Virus record (IMG/VR): IMGVR_UViG_3300044796_000662
Location: 186,001-250,000 of that record
DNA: 64,000 nt
Strand: one strand, 5' to 3'
Notes under the pieces: generated by a model
What the model was told of the DNA's origin: nothing
Databases searched by the model: none
The model's input: the letters and a program-made list of their open reading frames with translations, nothing else
In this document: piece after piece, positions 60,547-64,000 of the stretch
Layout: each line of letters begins with the position of its first letter
Position numbering within the stretch: position 1 is the stretch's first letter
Position numbers and translations under genes: made by a program

Positions 60547-61434
60547 TTATTCGTCGATAGCGACATCCTCTACACCTGACGCTGGGGAAATCTGAGGACG
60601 ATTTTCAGAGGTCATTACCTGGCCTTCCGGGCACGCGAAGACGAACGGGCAGAAGCCGCAGGCACCCTTCTTCGCCCTGGCGGGGAACGCCTGTGCGGCA
60701 ATCGGCAGCCTCTTTCGCTGTTCGATCTCCTCGATGGTACGTATGACCGTCTCTTGCAGCTCGTCTACGGCGTCCCGCGTGGGGACTGACCAGTCCACAG
60801 CCTCGTCGGGCGGGAAGCGCCAGAAAACGAACGCCACCTGGTCGGGGAGCGACCCTGTCTTGCGGCGGTGAAGCATCGAGTACCAGTGGAGCTGCTCGAT
60901 GTCCACGTACTTGTCCCGGTGCCTTGAGCCCTTACCATCGAGGATGATGAGGTCCCCGAGGGGGTGCAGACGTCGCATCCGGAAGTCACAGCGTCCCCCG
61001 AGCATGTGCCCGCTGATCTCGGAGTCCAGCTTCACCTCTGCGGCCGCATCCGTACCGAGCAGCTTGAACTTGCGGATGATGGCAAGGCTGTTCGGGATCG
61101 CCTCTCGGATCTCCTGTATGACCTGGTCCAGAGAGTGCGGGCCGTTCTTCTTGAGCTTGGGATCCTTCCAGTTGAAGATCCCGCCGCCCTTGATCTCGTT
61201 ACGCATCGTCTCGGCAACGACAGAGGACACCCGACTGAGCATCTCTTTGGCGGGATCGGGGAGCTTCCACATCTTGTCGCGGTAGAAGTGCTCGACGATG
61301 ATGCCGATGCAAGACCCGTAGAGCATGTTCACCCGGTTCTCGGGCGTCGGCACCTTGGTCTTGTTGACGTACGAGTGCCAATACTGCCTGGGGCACTCCC
61401 TGTACTTCTTGAACCCGGAGTAGGAGAGGTACAT
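60547..61434 (-). CDS. PD-(D/E)XK RecB/Cas4-like nuclease with Fe-S cysteines
   Basis: LSYS....Y.ECPRQY, GRCD, IILDGK, QLHWY, CGFCPF...C. Confidence 0.88.
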   Translation of the reverse strand: MYLSYSGFKKYRECPRQYWHSYVNKTKVPTPENRVNMLYGSCIGIIVEHFYRDKMWKLPDPAKEMLSRVSSVVAETMRNEIKGGGIFNWKDPKLKKNGPHSLDQVIQEIREAIPNSLAIIRKFKLLGTDAAAEVKLDSEISGHMLGGRCDFRMRRLHPLGDLIILDGKGSRHRDKYVDIEQLHWYSMLHRRKTGSLPDQVAFVFWRFPPDEAVDWSVPTRDAVDELQETVIRTIEEIEQRKRLPIAAQAFPARAKKGACGFCPFVFACPEGQVMTSENRPQISPASGVEDVAIDE

Positions 61435-62420
61435 TAGCCCACGCCCGTTTCTGCTCTTGCGCGTTCCAGGTAGTCGATGGCGAGCTGCTTGACGTCGGAA
61501 GCGAACGAGAGCCCCTGGATGTTGGCCTCGATGGTCTGCGACACGTCAAAGGACGCCTCGCTCTGCAACCGCTCAATGAACTGGTCGATGTTCTCGTGCT
61601 CGCGCTCTGCGCGTTCCTTGCGTTCGAGGTCGAACACTTCGGACGCCGGCGCGACGGACAGCAACAGAGGAGTAATCTCGGCACGCCCCGGCTCGAAGCC
61701 CAAGAGTGCCACCTTTGGGGATCGCTGAAGGTTCTCGTTGATGAGAGCCCCGCGGCTGACAGCACCGAGATTGACGAACTGCTTGCCCCCGAGCTGAACG
61801 ATCCCCTGATCCTTGTGCCAGTGCCCGAAGCACCACACATCTGGACCGTCCTTCGTGACAAGCTGGTCGTACCGGAAGACAGGCTCGTTGAAGAATTCGC
61901 GCACGTTCGGGGGCGGTTCCTCTCCTGCCAGCGAGTGCACGATGGCCACGAGGAAGTCATCACCCGGCTGCTTCTGAATGGCCCTCAGGTCGTCAGCGGT
62001 ACGGTTCGCACTGTAAGGCACCCCGACCACTCGCACGCGCATCCCGCCGTCCTCGAAGACCGTGCTCCGCAAGTGCCGAAAGACCCCCGTCTCGTAGAGA
62101 ACACCCAGAGGTTGACCGGCCACGCTGTCGAGTCGGTTGTAGGCGATGTCGTGGTTGCCCTCGACGCAATACGTGGGCACCCCATACGTGTTGTGCACGC
62201 TAGCCGTTTCCACAACGATCGCGTGGGGGTTGCGACTGGCAGCCTTGATGTGGAAGTAGTCGCCCCCATCGAGGACGGCCTTGACCTCATGCTCCTTGGA
62301 GAAAGCCCCGATCTGCCGGAGGTTGGACCAGATCTCCGCGGGGTAGTCCGCCTTCCAGGAGGAAGGGCTACGGTCGCAGAGATGGGTGTCTGTCCGGTAG
62401 AGCAGAGAGACGCGCGGCAT
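61434..62420 (-). CDS. sbcD: SbcD/Mre11 metallophosphoesterase nuclease
   Basis: DTH, GGDYFH, GNHD, GHWH, NLGA. Confidence 0.9.
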   Translation of the reverse strand: MPRVSLLYRTDTHLCDRSPSSWKADYPAEIWSNLRQIGAFSKEHEVKAVLDGGDYFHIKAASRNPHAIVVETASVHNTYGVPTYCVEGNHDIAYNRLDSVAGQPLGVLYETGVFRHLRSTVFEDGGMRVRVVGVPYSANRTADDLRAIQKQPGDDFLVAIVHSLAGEEPPPNVREFFNEPVFRYDQLVTKDGPDVWCFGHWHKDQGIVQLGGKQFVNLGAVSRGALINENLQRSPKVALLGFEPGRAEITPLLLSVAPASEVFDLERKERAEREHENIDQFIERLQSEASFDVSQTIEANIQGLSFASDVKQLAIDYLERARAETGVG

Positions 62421-62421
62421 A

Positions 62422-63666
62422 TCAGGCCAGCTTCCTCTCCTCGTGGCTGTGCCCGATCTTGACGGGCTGTGCGCACGAAGGACAGAAAGGCAGGGACTTG
62501 ATCTCTCCTACCAGTACCTTCTCGTCAGCGAGAGTCTTGTCGTAGTTGTTCTCCAGGTTCGAGATGGTCTCTTCGAGCGAGGCCATTCTCGACGCGAACG
62601 ACGAGAGCTGGAGGAGTCGATCCCTGGCCACCTTGAGGCCCGTGGGGTCCGGCGTCGTGACGTTCTCGACCCCCTTGAACTTGACCCACTGATCCTGCAA
62701 GCTCTGGAGCTTGTTCGTCCAGGTCGAGAGCTTCTCGAACTTGTCCGCGGCAGCGACGACAGGAGCGGCGATCGGCGTCGGGATGGTCTCGACACCCATG
62801 AGCGACTTCACAGCCGTCGCGCGATCGATCACATCGGACTGGTAGCGGGAGAGCTTCTCGAACTCACTGCGCTTGGCCAGCACTGCGTCGATGGTGGGGA
62901 CTGGCGTTTCGACAGCCTTCTTCAGGGTATCGACGCGGAAGCCGATCGCTCGCAGTTCCTCGATGTAGGAGTCGAGAGACTCGACTGCCTCCTGAACGAC
63001 GGTGATCTGCCCGAGCTTCTTCTCGACCGCGACGACTCCCGCCACGGCCTCGTCGAGGCCCTCGTACTCGTTGATCTGATGCGTTAGCTCGGTCATGTCC
63101 TTCTCCCGGACCTTCCTTGTGGAGACGGCCTCTTTGCGGTCCTTCTCGACGAACCTCATCGCGACGTTGATGCGGTCAAGATGGGCAACGTCGGAGAACA
63201 CGTCAGCGACAACTCCGCCCGACTGGTCGAGCAAGAAGATGTTGTCGAACTGGTCAGCGATCTGGAGCAGCTTGGCGTTGGGCCCGATCTGCACCATCCC
63301 GAAGTCCTTGGCGAGCTTGGGCCTCTCCAAGAAGTCCGGGGTCCCTCTGTTGGGGACCCCGTAGTCCTGACCGTTGAACGTGTAGCTGTTGCGCTTGTCC
63401 CCCTTCTCCCACTTGAGGTCGAAGCCCTCCGTGCGGAGGTGCACCGAGCAGTAGCATTCGCAGGTCTTGGACCCGCGCAGACGCCTATGACAGGCGACAC
63501 CATGACGGACGAACGAGGTCCCAGTCGCGCCCGTGAGGGCCGCGCGAACGGCCCTCACGATGGCGCTCTTGCCGATGTCGGACTTCCCGACGAGGGCGGT
63601 GAACCCGTCGATGTTGATCGAGACGTGCTCGATCGATTGGAAGTTCCGGACCTCTACGTCGATCAT
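62422..63666 (-). CDS. sbcC: SbcC/Rad50 N-terminal half
   Basis: VRNFQS, Walker A GKSDIGKS, Q-loop, coiled coil ending in CPSC hook. Confidence 0.88.
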   Translation of the reverse strand: MIDVEVRNFQSIEHVSINIDGFTALVGKSDIGKSAIVRAVRAALTGATGTSFVRHGVACHRRLRGSKTCECYCSVHLRTEGFDLKWEKGDKRNSYTFNGQDYGVPNRGTPDFLERPKLAKDFGMVQIGPNAKLLQIADQFDNIFLLDQSGGVVADVFSDVAHLDRINVAMRFVEKDRKEAVSTRKVREKDMTELTHQINEYEGLDEAVAGVVAVEKKLGQITVVQEAVESLDSYIEELRAIGFRVDTLKKAVETPVPTIDAVLAKRSEFEKLSRYQSDVIDRATAVKSLMGVETIPTPIAAPVVAAADKFEKLSTWTNKLQSLQDQWVKFKGVENVTTPDPTGLKVARDRLLQLSSFASRMASLEETISNLENNYDKTLADEKVLVGEIKSLPFCPSCAQPVKIGHSHEERKLA

Positions 63667-63668
63667 GA

Positions 63669-64000
63669 TCAGGACTCGCCGGTTCCGCCGTCGATGTCCT
63701 CCGAACCGGGCACCTCATCGTCGCTGTCGAAGGCAGCGTCGTCGCCGAGGTCGGACTCGATCTCCGCGATGAGGGCGTCGTCCTCGCTCTGCTGCTCGGC
63801 AGGGTTGACCGCGGTCGCCGTCGAGAACATGGCCGCCGTGACCTTCGCTTGCAGCTCGGCCAGCAGCTTGGGGTTCTCCGTGAGAACCTTCTGGAAGGTC
63901 TCCTGACCGTGGTAGCGCTGACCGTCGTAGATCAACCAGCCAGCGGCCTCCTTCTTGATCTGCTTGAACCGGATGCCGTTCTCGATGATCGAGTACGTGT
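63669..64000 (-). CDS. recA: RecA recombinase C-terminal domain (5'-truncated by window edge)
   Basis: Manual translation TYSIIENGIRFKQIKKEAAGWLIYDGQRYHGQETFQKVLTENPKLLAEL plus acidic tail. Confidence 0.75.
   Translation of the reverse strand, partial: TYSIIENGIRFKQIKKEAAGWLIYDGQRYHGQETFQKVLTENPKLLAELQAKVTAAMFSTATAVNPAEQQSEDDALIAEIESDLGDDAAFDSDDEVPGSEDIDGGTGES

Noticed and set aside
60547-61434. Cas4 as evidence of a CRISPR-Cas locus
   Set aside because: No cas1/cas2 or array; stand-alone Cas4/RecB-like nucleases are common in phage recombination clusters
283-63906. Many long plus-strand ORFs (e.g. 36369-38846, 31710-33752, 48880-50919, 18414-20093)
   Set aside because: Antisense shadows of GC-biased minus-strand genes; no motifs, no SDs, fully overlapping real genes
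1-64000. Stop-codon reassignment as in some large phages
   Set aside because: Genes tile densely under the standard code and end in TGA, TAA and TAG without fragmentation

Overview
A 64-kb segment of a large, GC-rich tailed dsDNA phage (Caudoviricetes; gene content suggests a jumbo-type genome; host not determinable). Essentially every real gene is on the minus strand, densely packed, in the standard genetic code. In transcription order (right to left) there are five blocks. (1) Recombination/replication: RecA C-terminus, split SbcC/Rad50, SbcD/Mre11, Fe-S PD-(D/E)XK nuclease, beta-clamp-like protein, primase, DnaX clamp loader, a NusG/5'-3' exonuclease fusion and sigma-region-4 HTH proteins. 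(2) Head morphogenesis: putative internal-head proteins, terminase, three tandem decoration-like paralogues, portal, prohead protease, Gln-rich scaffold, decoration protein and HK97-fold major capsid protein followed by a strong terminator. (3) An accessory island: LAGLIDADG endonuclease, ubiquitin-like protein, degenerate Vsr. (4) Virion accessory/fibre genes, including a ~2760-aa protein with ~38 Pro-rich G[YF]G repeats. (5) Neck genes, a Dps-like protein and an actin-fold ATPase. Two candidate promoter classes are visible: TTAT[C/G] before structural genes and CGGTGTAG 8-9 nt before apparently leaderless genes. The most unusual items are the NusG-exonuclease fusion beside duplicated sigma4 HTHs, the phage-borne ubiquitin-like protein, an apparent capsid-fold paralogue inside the replication cluster, a recurring [K/R]-x-A motif in head proteins, and the actin homologue. 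No tRNA, rRNA, CRISPR array or reverse transcriptase was seen. All assignments are by-eye motif recognition; no searches were run.
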